The notes under the pieces are model-generated. The model was given only the letters and a program-made list of their open reading frames with translations. It was not told where the DNA came from and did no database searches. Position numbers and translations under genes: made by a program. From the IMG/VR virus record IMGVR_UViG_3300011113_000664, positions 64,001 through 128,000 of that record: a DNA stretch of 64,000 nucleotides; one strand, given 5' to 3'. The stretch comes from a virus. This document shows, in pieces, positions 39,747-48,921 of the stretch. Position 1 is the stretch's first letter. Every line of letters begins with the position of its first letter.

Positions 39747-40578
39747 TTTTAATCTTGTTTATACCCTTATCATGAATTTTTTTAATATCTTTTTCTGACA
39801 TGTTTAAAAGTTTCGATATTTGATTGAAACTCAATTCAGGTTTATCACTCAAGCCATATCTATAGTTAATTATTAATTTTTCAATTTTATTTAAACCTTT
39901 TAATGATAAAGATTTTAAATCACTATTAAGATAAATAAATTCATCATTTAAAACTGATGTTGGTAACATTTCTTCATAATTTATTTCTTCGGAACTATTT
40001 ACGGTAGTATAAATTGATAAAATATTGTTATCATCAATAGCATTGACCGATTTTGCAATTACTTCACTAGCAGTTTCTTCAATTAAATCATCCTTTATAT
40101 CATCTATATTTGGGTCAAAACCGTATTTATTATAAAAATTATTTTTTAATTCTAAATACTTTTGATTTATTGAATGTTGTTTGATTGGTTGTTTAATGAT
40201 TTTTGATTCCTTTGCAATTCCTTCTAATATTGCTTGTTTAATCCACCAAACTGCATAAGTACTAAATTTATAACCTTTATTTGGGTCAAATTCTTCAACA
40301 GCTTTTATTAAACCAATATTTCCTGATGATATGATGTCGGACAATTGATAAAAACTGCTATTATGGTAGTATTTAGCAACATTTATTACAAATCTTAAAT
40401 TATTAATAATTAATAATTCCTTAATTTTTGGACACTTTGTTGTTTGATATTCATAAAACATTTCGGTTTCTTGTTTTTTTGAAATCTCATCAATATTTCT
40501 AATATCTTGATGATAAAGTTTTAAAATATCGGATGTGTCCTTTGTTATTTTGATTGTATTTGATGATATTTTCTTCAT
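39736..40578 (-). CDS. Sigma-70 family (RpoD-like, short) sigma factor
   Basis: NLRFVINVAKYY, DIISSGNIGLIKAVEEFDP.KGYKFSTYAVWWIKQAI. Start moved to ATG 40578, downstream of the promoter. Confidence 0.92.
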   Translation of the reverse strand: MKKISSNTIKITKDTSDILKLYHQDIRNIDEISKKQETEMFYEYQTTKCPKIKELLIINNLRFVINVAKYYHNSSFYQLSDIISSGNIGLIKAVEEFDPNKGYKFSTYAVWWIKQAILEGIAKESKIIKQPIKQHSINQKYLELKNNFYNKYGFDPNIDDIKDDLIEETASEVIAKSVNAIDDNNILSIYTTVNSSEEINYEEMLPTSVLNDEFIYLNSDLKSLSLKGLNKIEKLIINYRYGLSDKPELSFNQISKLLNMSEKDIKKIHDKGINKIKNDL

Positions 40579-40592
40579 AGATAAACAATAAA

Positions 40593-40624
40593 CAAATATA
40601 AAAATTGCTCTTTTTATATGCAAA
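40593..40624 (-). promoter_or_regulatory. Bacteroidota-type housekeeping promoter TTTG-N20-TATATTTG
   Basis: Exact match to the -33 TTTG / -7 TAnnTTTG consensus with a 20-nt spacer, 14 nt upstream of the sigma ATG. Confidence 0.75.
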
Positions 40625-40632
40625 AAAAATTT

Positions 40633-40929
40633 TTATTTTTTATTATAACGCTGATTTAGAATCAAAATCAGTTCTGACCAACGCTTTTCAATCAAAAGAA
40701 TTTTGTCTTCTAAAGACGCTGCTCTTTTTTTATAATCTTCTTTTTTAATATTTTTAAAAAAATAATTGTCCTCAATTGGTGTTGCTTCAATTTCAGTTAA
40801 TAAATTATTTAACTGATTTTGATTTTTTTCAAATTCATCAACCAAAAAATTGATAGTTTCAATTAATTTTTCATTTTTTTCTTTTGAAAAAGTATCAATT
40901 TTCCTTTCAAGAATTTCTTTTACATCCAT
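40633..40929 (-). CDS. Hypothetical coiled-coil protein
   Basis: 98-aa ORF. Confidence 0.65.
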   Translation of the reverse strand: MDVKEILERKIDTFSKEKNEKLIETINFLVDEFEKNQNQLNNLLTEIEATPIEDNYFFKNIKKEDYKKRAASLEDKILLIEKRWSELILILNQRYNKK

Positions 40930-40949
40930 AAATATAAATATAAGATATA

Positions 40950-41348
40950 TTATTCAAGAACTGCACCACCATTTGAAAAATTTGTGGTTGCCCCATAAAC
41001 AACAATAGGACCACCTGAATTACCTCCTGATGCAACCACAGGAGTTCCGGGAATATCAGAAACTGATATTCTAGCTTCAATTGTTATTTCATCTATAATT
41101 GCTTTAATAGCTGTATACCAAAGTATATCATCAAAATTTGCACTACCATCAGTTAAATTTCCTGTTGGAATGCCTAATTCTTTCTTTTTTTCTAATACCT
41201 TATTTGCTGCCCTTAAAGCAGACATACCACCTCTTGTTCTTGATAAAGGAATCAATGGTGGAGGTACTACACCAATATTTGGTGGTGGTTTAATACTTAA
41301 AATACCATTTAGTGTAGATAATGCGCTTTGTAGAGTTGATATAACCAT
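40950..41348 (-). CDS. Putative baseplate-associated structural protein
   Basis: Last gene of the late baseplate-wedge operon; Gly/Pro-rich beta-type C-terminus. Confidence 0.55.
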   Translation of the reverse strand: MVISTLQSALSTLNGILSIKPPPNIGVVPPPLIPLSRTRGGMSALRAANKVLEKKKELGIPTGNLTDGSANFDDILWYTAIKAIIDEITIEARISVSDIPGTPVVASGGNSGGPIVVYGATTNFSNGGAVLE

Positions 41349-41350
41349 AT

Positions 41351-42607
41351 TTATATAAAATTTCTTACTTGTGAACCTACTCCTGATAATGAAAGCAGCA
41401 GTTCACTTCTTTTTTGTAATTGTTCTTTTAAAAGTATTATTATAATTGTAATAACTAGTTTTGTTACATAGTTTCTAATAAAATTAAAAATAACACAGAA
41501 AAATATATCATATATAGTATCAAATATTTTTTCAATTAAATTTTTAATTTTTTCAAATATCTCAGGTATGCTAACTGAAAAAGTTTCATCTAAATTCATT
41601 AATTTATTGATTATATTAATAATAAACATTACACCTGGTTGTTTCATTACAATCATAAGTAATGCTTCAATAATTATTTTTATGATACTTTTATGATAGT
41701 CATTCTTAAAATTTGTTGTTGAAGTATTTGTACCAAATTCAGGAATTAATGTATTAAAACTTTCAACAGTTGGATTAGAAATAACAGCTTCAATTTGTTT
41801 TACAGTTAAATCTATGTTTTCTTTAAAACAACTCGTATCAACATTAAGACCTTTTACTTCAGTATCTAATTCTAAATCTAATAATTTTTTTAAATCTAAT
41901 TTAAATACATCTTTATTTTCGTATTTTGTATATGAACGAACTAATGTTAAAAGTTGGGCATCATCTCTAGAAAAATTGGTATGAAATAAAAGATTCATAA
42001 TTTCAGCCACAACTACTTGTGAACTAAATAATGGTCCGATTGATTCTTTGATTATATCAAAAATTGCTTTCTGACTTAATTCAGGTAATGTTATTTTTAC
42101 ATTAGAATTTGGTTCATCATAATTGATTTTAATAGGTACTGGGCCAATTGCTACATTCACATCAATATTTGGTTGTGGTAAAACATCATCGACCATTTTT
42201 TTAAAAAATGGATTGGACATCATTTTAGATGCACTTGAACCTGAAATATTAACTTTTCTAAGACTATCACCAACATCAAAACTTTTAATTGACATTGTTA
42301 TACCACTTTGTAATGATGGTGGTAATATACTATTTTCAGATAAGTTTTCACTTATTGAATCGTAAATTGAATTACTAAATTTATCTAGTGTTTCTTGTTT
42401 TAGAATTGAAGAAAGTGCTGTTTGAACAAGTGTTTCTAATATGTTTTCACCTACTGTTGATTTAATTAAATCAAATATAAACTCTATTGGGTCATTACTG
42501 TCAGATATTAAATCATCAAATGAAATAGTATCCATTTGACTATTAGCTAAACTAACATACAATTTTATTTTTTCAATAACTTCTGATTTATCCTTAGATA
42601 ATCCCAT
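41351..42607 (-). CDS. Hypothetical protein in the baseplate operon (hydrophobic helical C-terminus)
   Basis: ORF coupled downstream of the wedge gene. Confidence 0.6.
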   Translation of the reverse strand: MGLSKDKSEVIEKIKLYVSLANSQMDTISFDDLISDSNDPIEFIFDLIKSTVGENILETLVQTALSSILKQETLDKFSNSIYDSISENLSENSILPPSLQSGITMSIKSFDVGDSLRKVNISGSSASKMMSNPFFKKMVDDVLPQPNIDVNVAIGPVPIKINYDEPNSNVKITLPELSQKAIFDIIKESIGPLFSSQVVVAEIMNLLFHTNFSRDDAQLLTLVRSYTKYENKDVFKLDLKKLLDLELDTEVKGLNVDTSCFKENIDLTVKQIEAVISNPTVESFNTLIPEFGTNTSTTNFKNDYHKSIIKIIIEALLMIVMKQPGVMFIINIINKLMNLDETFSVSIPEIFEKIKNLIEKIFDTIYDIFFCVIFNFIRNYVTKLVITIIIILLKEQLQKRSELLLSLSGVGSQVRNFI

Positions 42608-42613
42608 AATATA

Positions 42614-44434
42614 TTAACCTAATTTTGATATTGTTACTTTTACATCCGTATTATATTTTATTTCAAAAATTCCATCATAAGAATTGTAAAGTGTTCCATC
42701 TGTTAAATCGATTTCTCTTAAAGTTCTATCGTTATTAACAAAACTAGTTTGCATTTCATTATTAGAATAGTTCTCACCTACTTTATTAAAACATCTAATT
42801 GAGTTTATATTTATTACATTTGGTACATTATTGATTGCTTCAATTAATCTACCAATATAAATATTTTGCCCAATAATGGCTTTATTTATTGAATGAAAAT
42901 CTAATACTTCTTTAATTGTTCTTGCAATAATTTCATAATCATTATTTGTATTTCTTTCAACTAATACATTTATTTGATATGCAATATTGTAAATTTGTCC
43001 ATCTTCAACTTCAATATAATCATTTACCATTCTATAGTGAGTTAAAAATTCGGCAATATTTTCCTTTAATAAATCTGTTGATGTATTTGTTAAATAACCA
43101 TCAGCACCTAAACCAATTATATTGAAAATAACTTTATTATTTCTTAATGAAGTAATAAACTTGAATGGTACACCATATCTACCATCCATTCTAAATAAAA
43201 TAGCATAATAATCTTCTAATGTAACTGCTCTATTTTGCGCTCCATAATTATAAGAAATCATATTCCTAATTTCTTCAATTGTTAATGGGTCTTTTCCACC
43301 CAATGCAGGAATAGGATTATTACAAACCAAAGAATTTATAACAGATTGATTTACATTTGAATTTGGTCCATTAACAAGCATGTTTTTATTTGTTACAATT
43401 GTTACTGTGTTTGGACCTAAATTTGTATTTAATCCACCACCAACTCTATACTTTATGAAAATACTTGAATTTGCAGGTATTTTTTCACCTAGCGATGTAT
43501 TATATAAATAAGCTTCAATTTTTGAAAATTCAGATAAATTTTGTAAAGCATTATTAAAATTATTTAAATTGCTATCACCACCTCCAAATGTTATCCTACA
43601 ATTACCATTTTCATTAAATTCTTTAATAAATTTCTTTTTAACTTTTTTCCAATAACCTTTTCTTACACCATTTTCAGAAATAACAGGTGATGTTTCAACA
43701 AAAACATCCGTTTCGGCTAAAAAATCAACTTGAAAATATTGTAAATCTTGGTCGTTGAATTCATCATCAGTTGGTGTTGTGGAAATATTACCTGATTTGA
43801 CAACAATTGATGTAATATCAATAACATCATCTTCAGGAAGAATGATTTGATAAAATGGTATTGCTTCTTCTGTTGTTACGAATCTTTTTGCAATTCTTGT
43901 TGCACCATTATAAACAATTTCTCTTTTTGAAATTCTATAAGATGTGACTTCACTAAAATTATTTAATATAGGTATGATTGTTCTATTTGGTAAACCTTCA
44001 ATTGAAACGCTTGATGAAAAATCAATATCATATAAAAGTTCAAAGGCAACACTACCATTTGTAAATTGTGTTCCTGCTTTTACAATTGGTAGATAATTAC
44101 TATTATATGAATCGTTTAGTGCAGGAACAATAACATCCATATCAATTAATGTAACAGCAGGTTTTTTATTTGGTAATTTTACACCAAGATTTTTAGCAAT
44201 GTTAAATAAAGATTTTTTTAATTGAGCATTTTCAAGTTGTGTTTCTTGAAATGTACGGTCAAGATTGAAATAATTTGATTCTGATGTACCTGCTAAAATG
44301 TCAATAAAAACAGAACCAACAGAATTATCCTCTAAATTTTGGAAAACATCGGGATAATTTTGTTTTATGTATGATTTAATCTCTTCCCTTAACTCATAAA
44401 AATTTCTTTTATTATAGTTTAAAACTGTTGCCAT
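42614..44434 (-). CDS. Baseplate wedge protein (T4 gp6 / gpJ-like)
   Basis: YN.RNF..LREE, ETQLENAQ, ITFGGG, YRVGGG..N, GGKD..IEEIR, QNRAVTLEDY. Confidence 0.92.
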   Translation of the reverse strand: MATVLNYNKRNFYELREEIKSYIKQNYPDVFQNLEDNSVGSVFIDILAGTSESNYFNLDRTFQETQLENAQLKKSLFNIAKNLGVKLPNKKPAVTLIDMDVIVPALNDSYNSNYLPIVKAGTQFTNGSVAFELLYDIDFSSSVSIEGLPNRTIIPILNNFSEVTSYRISKREIVYNGATRIAKRFVTTEEAIPFYQIILPEDDVIDITSIVVKSGNISTTPTDDEFNDQDLQYFQVDFLAETDVFVETSPVISENGVRKGYWKKVKKKFIKEFNENGNCRITFGGGDSNLNNFNNALQNLSEFSKIEAYLYNTSLGEKIPANSSIFIKYRVGGGLNTNLGPNTVTIVTNKNMLVNGPNSNVNQSVINSLVCNNPIPALGGKDPLTIEEIRNMISYNYGAQNRAVTLEDYYAILFRMDGRYGVPFKFITSLRNNKVIFNIIGLGADGYLTNTSTDLLKENIAEFLTHYRMVNDYIEVEDGQIYNIAYQINVLVERNTNNDYEIIARTIKEVLDFHSINKAIIGQNIYIGRLIEAINNVPNVININSIRCFNKVGENYSNNEMQTSFVNNDRTLREIDLTDGTLYNSYDGIFEIKYNTDVKVTISKLG

Positions 44435-44479
44435 TTAAATAGTTATTTTCCTTAAATAGTGAAATTTTAACTATTTATA
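44434..44479. promoter_or_regulatory. Three late-promoter motifs (two minus at 44434-44443 and 44451-44460; one plus at 44470-44479)
   Basis: Recurrent motif in a divergent intergenic region. Confidence 0.7.
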
Positions 44480-44488
44480 ATAAAGTAT

Positions 44489-44911
44489 ATGCCAAGACCT
44501 AAACGCTCCAAATTATCTCTAACACAGGAAAGTATCGAAAAACATATGAATGAAGTTTATGGTATTTTAGAACACTATAAACAAATGGGTGTTAGACATT
44601 ATAACTTTGTACTTAGAATCATCGAAGAATTGGGTTCAGATAGCATCGAAGACCCTGTAAGGCTTCAGTTGATGGCTCAACTTGAGCAATCAAGAAACAA
44701 CTCCCTAAATGCTTTTAAAGAGTATTTAAGAATGAAGACTGATTTAATCACCAAACACCTTAATAGTGTTAAAATTTTTGGTGATTTGGATATTAAAACC
44801 AATAAAAGTAAAGCTACATCAGGCGATAATAATTCTTTAAGTAAAGAAGACCAAGATGAGGTTCAAAAAATGATTCAAGAATTAATGGATATGAAACAAA
44901 CTAAGTTTTAA
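44489..44911 (+). CDS. Late helical protein, candidate terminase small subunit
   Basis: 140 aa with a basic N-terminus, helical pattern and its own late motif; function is inferred. Confidence 0.4.
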   Translation: MPRPKRSKLSLTQESIEKHMNEVYGILEHYKQMGVRHYNFVLRIIEELGSDSIEDPVRLQLMAQLEQSRNNSLNAFKEYLRMKTDLITKHLNSVKIFGDLDIKTNKSKATSGDNNSLSKEDQDEVQKMIQELMDMKQTKF

Positions 44912-45480
44912 TTTTCAAAAATTATTGAATTTAGTTTGTCTAAATTTAAACTTGGGTTTGGAGAATAGGAAAAAACATCAATATCCTTTAAAAATATTAT
45001 TGAGTTGTCTTCTCTATTTTTAATGTTTATTTGTTTTAGATTTAAATTATATTTATTACCTAAATAAATAATTAATTGACCAAGTGATTTGATTTGGTCA
45101 ATTTTGTATTTTTCATAATATGAAAATTCTTTGTTTGAAATTATTTCATCAACATTTTTTACATCAATAATTTCATCACACCAATTTAAAAAATTATCAT
45201 TTTCTTTTGTTAGTTTACCTGAGTTTTCAAGGGCAATAAATATTGAGTTTTTATTTATTTTGTTAATATTTGTTAAATTAGTATAATATGAGTCATCATA
45301 AAATTTATGAATTGACCCATCTTTCTTTATAACATATGCAGGAGCATATTCTTTTTTAGCTAATGAAAGAATATATTTATCAAAATCGTTTCTTAATGTA
45401 TCAAGAAGTATAATGTATTTTTTATTACATTTATCCTTAACACAATTTTCAATCGGATTTATTAATATTTCTTTAAGCAT
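44908..45480 (-). CDS. Amidase_2/PGRP-fold protein lacking Zn ligands
   Basis: YVIKKDGSI, NKNSIFIALENSG, Y..DQIKSL..LI..L..KYNL; the expected His ligands are replaced. Confidence 0.7.
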   Translation of the reverse strand: MLKEILINPIENCVKDKCNKKYIILLDTLRNDFDKYILSLAKKEYAPAYVIKKDGSIHKFYDDSYYTNLTNINKINKNSIFIALENSGKLTKENDNFLNWCDEIIDVKNVDEIISNKEFSYYEKYKIDQIKSLGQLIIYLGNKYNLNLKQINIKNREDNSIIFLKDIDVFSYSPNPSLNLDKLNSIIFEN

Positions 45481-46192
45481 TTAAACAAAGTCTTTTCATT
45501 ACTTTCCCTGTTAATACAACATCCATTTCGCAATAATCAATAATCTTTTGTAGATTTTTTTCTTTATGAAATGTTGAACCAACCATTGAACCTTCCATTG
45601 CATTTTTATGTGTTTCAAGTCCTAAACAACTTGCAACAGCATCTAAAGAAACAAAGTTTCTTGTATTTAGTTGCCAAAGAAGAAATATATCTTTAAATTT
45701 TGCAGATAATTCCCAAGGTTTTTTATCAAAAATCTTAAAAATTGTTGGGATTTGTAAAATATTGTTAACAAATGCTCTTTTAATTATAAAAGGAACATCA
45801 AAAGTGTTAATATTATACCCAACAATACATGTTATAGGATTTTTTGATATCTTTTTGTTAATAAATGTAAAAAAATTGTTAATAATTTCTTGTTCATTAT
45901 CTTCAGATGAGAATGAAACAGTTGCAATTTCATCATCTTTAAATCCACCACAAGTAATAACAACGATTTTACCATATTCCGAATATAGTGGTGACTTTTC
46001 AAAGTAAATTTTACTTAAAAGTTCATCAGTTAAATCAGAACGATATTCATTATCCGCATACCATTTTGCTCTTTTTAAAAAACTTGCTGCTAAAGCAGGT
46101 TTTTTTTCTTTACATTCTTCAAAAGATGCAAATTCGGGAACGGTTTCAATGTCGATAATGATACCATTATCAATATCAAATTTTGTAATCAT
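45473..46192 (-). CDS. PolB-related 3'-5' exonuclease (DEDDy)
   Basis: IDIETVP, GYNINTFDVPFI, SLD, YCEMDV. Confidence 0.9.
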   Translation of the reverse strand: MITKFDIDNGIIIDIETVPEFASFEECKEKKPALAASFLKRAKWYADNEYRSDLTDELLSKIYFEKSPLYSEYGKIVVITCGGFKDDEIATVSFSSEDNEQEIINNFFTFINKKISKNPITCIVGYNINTFDVPFIIKRAFVNNILQIPTIFKIFDKKPWELSAKFKDIFLLWQLNTRNFVSLDAVASCLGLETHKNAMEGSMVGSTFHKEKNLQKIIDYCEMDVVLTGKVMKRLCLNA

Positions 46193-46198
46193 AAAATA

Positions 46199-47773
46199 TT
46201 AATATAAAACTTCGTTTGAAAAACTAAAACCTGAATTTTCACAAACACCAAGTAAAAATCCGGGCAATTGATTATTACCTAATCTATCTAAGATAAACTC
46301 ATCAACTGAACAAACTGATGGTAATGAAATTTCCATATAATTTGTTCCTGCATTAAATGAGATATCAGTTGAATGCCAATGACCGTTTACAACTAAATGA
46401 TATCCTGATGTACCAATACCATAAAGATTAACAAGTTCATGACCTTTCTTTTTAATTATTTCAGCATCACCATGATGTGCAATAATACATAAATCATTCA
46501 TTTCATGATTTTGAACCTTTTCAACATAAACAGGTTTTCTAGGTATATTTACTTGTAAAAATCTATCTTCTTTAAATTCTCTATCAATCATATGATAAGC
46601 AATCAATGAACCTGTTCTCTCTGAATCATCATCTCTATCTTTACCTATGCGGTCATGATTACCACCAATGTATGTAATTACAATAGGAAATTCTTTTCCA
46701 AGATTATTTCTTAATGTATCTAAAAATTCTATTTGAGAATCAACACCATAAAGTATTTGGTCAATACCAACTAAATCCATTCCTCTAAGGTGTTCACTAC
46801 GCATACCACTTGTCATCACGGATTCAAATAAATCACCACCAAAAAGAATATAAAGACTATTAAGATTTTTAAATTTAATATAATCAACAGTCTTTTTAGC
46901 GATTTGCATCATTCTTTCATGAGCAATATCTTTATTATAACCTCTACCAAATACAGGATTTTCATATTTTTTACCATAATGTATATCTGAATACATAAGA
47001 TAACAAATATCTGAATATTTACCTAATATGTCAGGTGTTTTAAGTTCTTGCTCTTGTTCGGTTCTATTATAGAACCTTTCAATAGTTTCTTCAATGAACT
47101 TTTGAATATTTTCAAGGTCATGAATCTTTTCTTGACTTTCAAAATATTTTTTTTCAATAAATGATGCTCTTTTTTCAACAATTTTATTAAGACTTGCTGA
47201 TGCTTTATTTTTCAAAGCGAATTCAGCAATCTCTTCCTCTGTATGTTCTTCAAGAATATGCAAAGGAAACAATGTATCTTTTGTAATATTAAAACATCTT
47301 AAAATCCTTTTAAACTGTTGAAATGTTAAATAAGGAAAATAAGAAGAAACATTCATCATTGTAACATGTGGATAATGTTGATGAATTGTTTCAAGTTGCT
47401 GTCTTGTTAATTTACCTATAAAAGGTTTTTCACCATGAATATAAATTGTAAATGAATAATCTATGATTTTATTATTTTCATCACGATTTGTTGTCCATGT
47501 ACTTCTACTATCATATTTATCTTCTTTATCAACATTAGTTTTAAATGTAACATTTTTTACATTCTTTTTAGATGCTAAATATTGATTATAAATTTCTAAT
47601 AAATCTTTATAATTTTTAGTTGCTTTTGTTGCTTTACCAACCAAAACTTTTCTGACAAACCCTTCGTATTGTTCAGTTTGATTTATTGATGTATTATTTT
47701 TAATGCAATTTTTGATAACATCAATTGCTGTGTCAACTCTGTTTTCGGCTGACAAATAATTTTTTCTAATCAT
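46199..47773 (-). CDS. Calcineurin-like metallophosphoesterase with long N-terminal extension
   Basis: SDIHYG, GGDLFE, GNHDR, HHGD, GHWH. Confidence 0.88.
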   Translation of the reverse strand: MIRKNYLSAENRVDTAIDVIKNCIKNNTSINQTEQYEGFVRKVLVGKATKATKNYKDLLEIYNQYLASKKNVKNVTFKTNVDKEDKYDSRSTWTTNRDENNKIIDYSFTIYIHGEKPFIGKLTRQQLETIHQHYPHVTMMNVSSYFPYLTFQQFKRILRCFNITKDTLFPLHILEEHTEEEIAEFALKNKASASLNKIVEKRASFIEKKYFESQEKIHDLENIQKFIEETIERFYNRTEQEQELKTPDILGKYSDICYLMYSDIHYGKKYENPVFGRGYNKDIAHERMMQIAKKTVDYIKFKNLNSLYILFGGDLFESVMTSGMRSEHLRGMDLVGIDQILYGVDSQIEFLDTLRNNLGKEFPIVITYIGGNHDRIGKDRDDDSERTGSLIAYHMIDREFKEDRFLQVNIPRKPVYVEKVQNHEMNDLCIIAHHGDAEIIKKKGHELVNLYGIGTSGYHLVVNGHWHSTDISFNAGTNYMEISLPSVCSVDEFILDRLGNNQLPGFLLGVCENSGFSFSNEVLY

Positions 47774-47787
47774 AAAGTAAATATAGA

Positions 47788-48300
47788 TTATTTTTTAATC
47801 TTTTTAATTTTTTCTCTGATTTTAACAGCTAATTCATAATTTTCTGTTTTCAGAGCATCATCTAATTCAGATTGAAGTTCAATTTCTGTTTTTCTTCTTC
47901 TTTTTGTTTTTATCTTAAAAAGGTCAATAACATATAAAGTTGTGAATTGCTCACCACCGCTATAATGAACTGTAACAGGAATTAATAAATCAATAAAATC
48001 CTTTTTAATATGTTCTTTTTTATCTTCAAGTGGAATCTGTTCCCAAGTGTTAATAAAATCAATAAATTCACTATCAACAAGAGTTCCTGTTAAGTACATT
48101 ACTCTTTGAGATTGTTCTAATATTGGGTCTAGTGCTTCAAAGAATACTTCAGGATTTTCATAATCTTTTGAATATTCATCAAAAAACTCCTCCACATCTT
48201 CAGGAAGAATCATTTCACATGAAAAATATGAAAATCTGTTAATAGTTGTTAGTAAATCTACATAAATCTGTGGTTTATCTTTTTTAGTATTCTTTTTCAT
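47788..48300 (-). CDS. Hypothetical protein with C-terminal UVR (UvrB/C) motif
   Basis: LQSELDDALKTENYELAVKIREKI; start taken at ATG 48300. Confidence 0.75.
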   Translation of the reverse strand: MKKNTKKDKPQIYVDLLTTINRFSYFSCEMILPEDVEEFFDEYSKDYENPEVFFEALDPILEQSQRVMYLTGTLVDSEFIDFINTWEQIPLEDKKEHIKKDFIDLLIPVTVHYSGGEQFTTLYVIDLFKIKTKRRRKTEIELQSELDDALKTENYELAVKIREKIKKIKK

Positions 48301-48904
48301 AATGTTTCTTAAAAGATGCTTTTGCAAGAGCAATTGAATCGGTTATATCATAGTTTTCAGTCTTAAAATTTCCATTCCTATCCAAAATCCATGAAATATT
48401 TTCATACTCCTTTGCTATCTTTTCAAATATATAGCTTTTTGGGTCAATTTTTCTTGATTTAAACTTTAAAATTGTCTTATCTTTTTTTGCATCATACTCT
48501 GTCATTTCAGGACAGAATAATCTTCTGACCTCATCCACGCTCATAAACTTTGGAATGATACCCAAAACATCCCTCAAGATATAAGAACAGATTCCATTGA
48601 ATTTTAACAGTTTATTAACAGTATAAACATTATTAGATTTAACCAAAGGCTCTTCGACAAATATATCAATTATTTCATAAATTTTTAATTCTTCAACAAA
48701 TTTTTTAAACCCATCACCTTTTACAATTTCAGGGTCTTCTTGACAATCTTTTGTTTTTGTCATTTTAAGTGCTTTGACAGAGGTAAGTTTAAAATTTTCA
48801 TTAAAAATAGAAACACCAATACAACTTGTTGATATATCAAAAGATAGAAACACTCTATCTTTGGGTATCATTATACCCAAATCTTTAAAATCAATAATTT
48901 CCAT
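48284..48904 (-). CDS. RuvC-like Holliday junction resolvase
   Basis: SFDISTSCIG, IFVEEP, DITDSIALA. Confidence 0.8.
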   Translation of the reverse strand: MEIIDFKDLGIMIPKDRVFLSFDISTSCIGVSIFNENFKLTSVKALKMTKTKDCQEDPEIVKGDGFKKFVEELKIYEIIDIFVEEPLVKSNNVYTVNKLLKFNGICSYILRDVLGIIPKFMSVDEVRRLFCPEMTEYDAKKDKTILKFKSRKIDPKSYIFEKIAKEYENISWILDRNGNFKTENYDITDSIALAKASFKKHYEKEY

Positions 48905-48921
48905 AATATTATAATACGATA

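Noticed and set aside
40579-40623. N-terminal extension of the sigma factor given in the ORF track (likewise 60984-61040 and 48301-48333 for other genes)
   Set aside because: The extensions run across promoter motifs or into neighbouring genes; downstream ATGs fit better.
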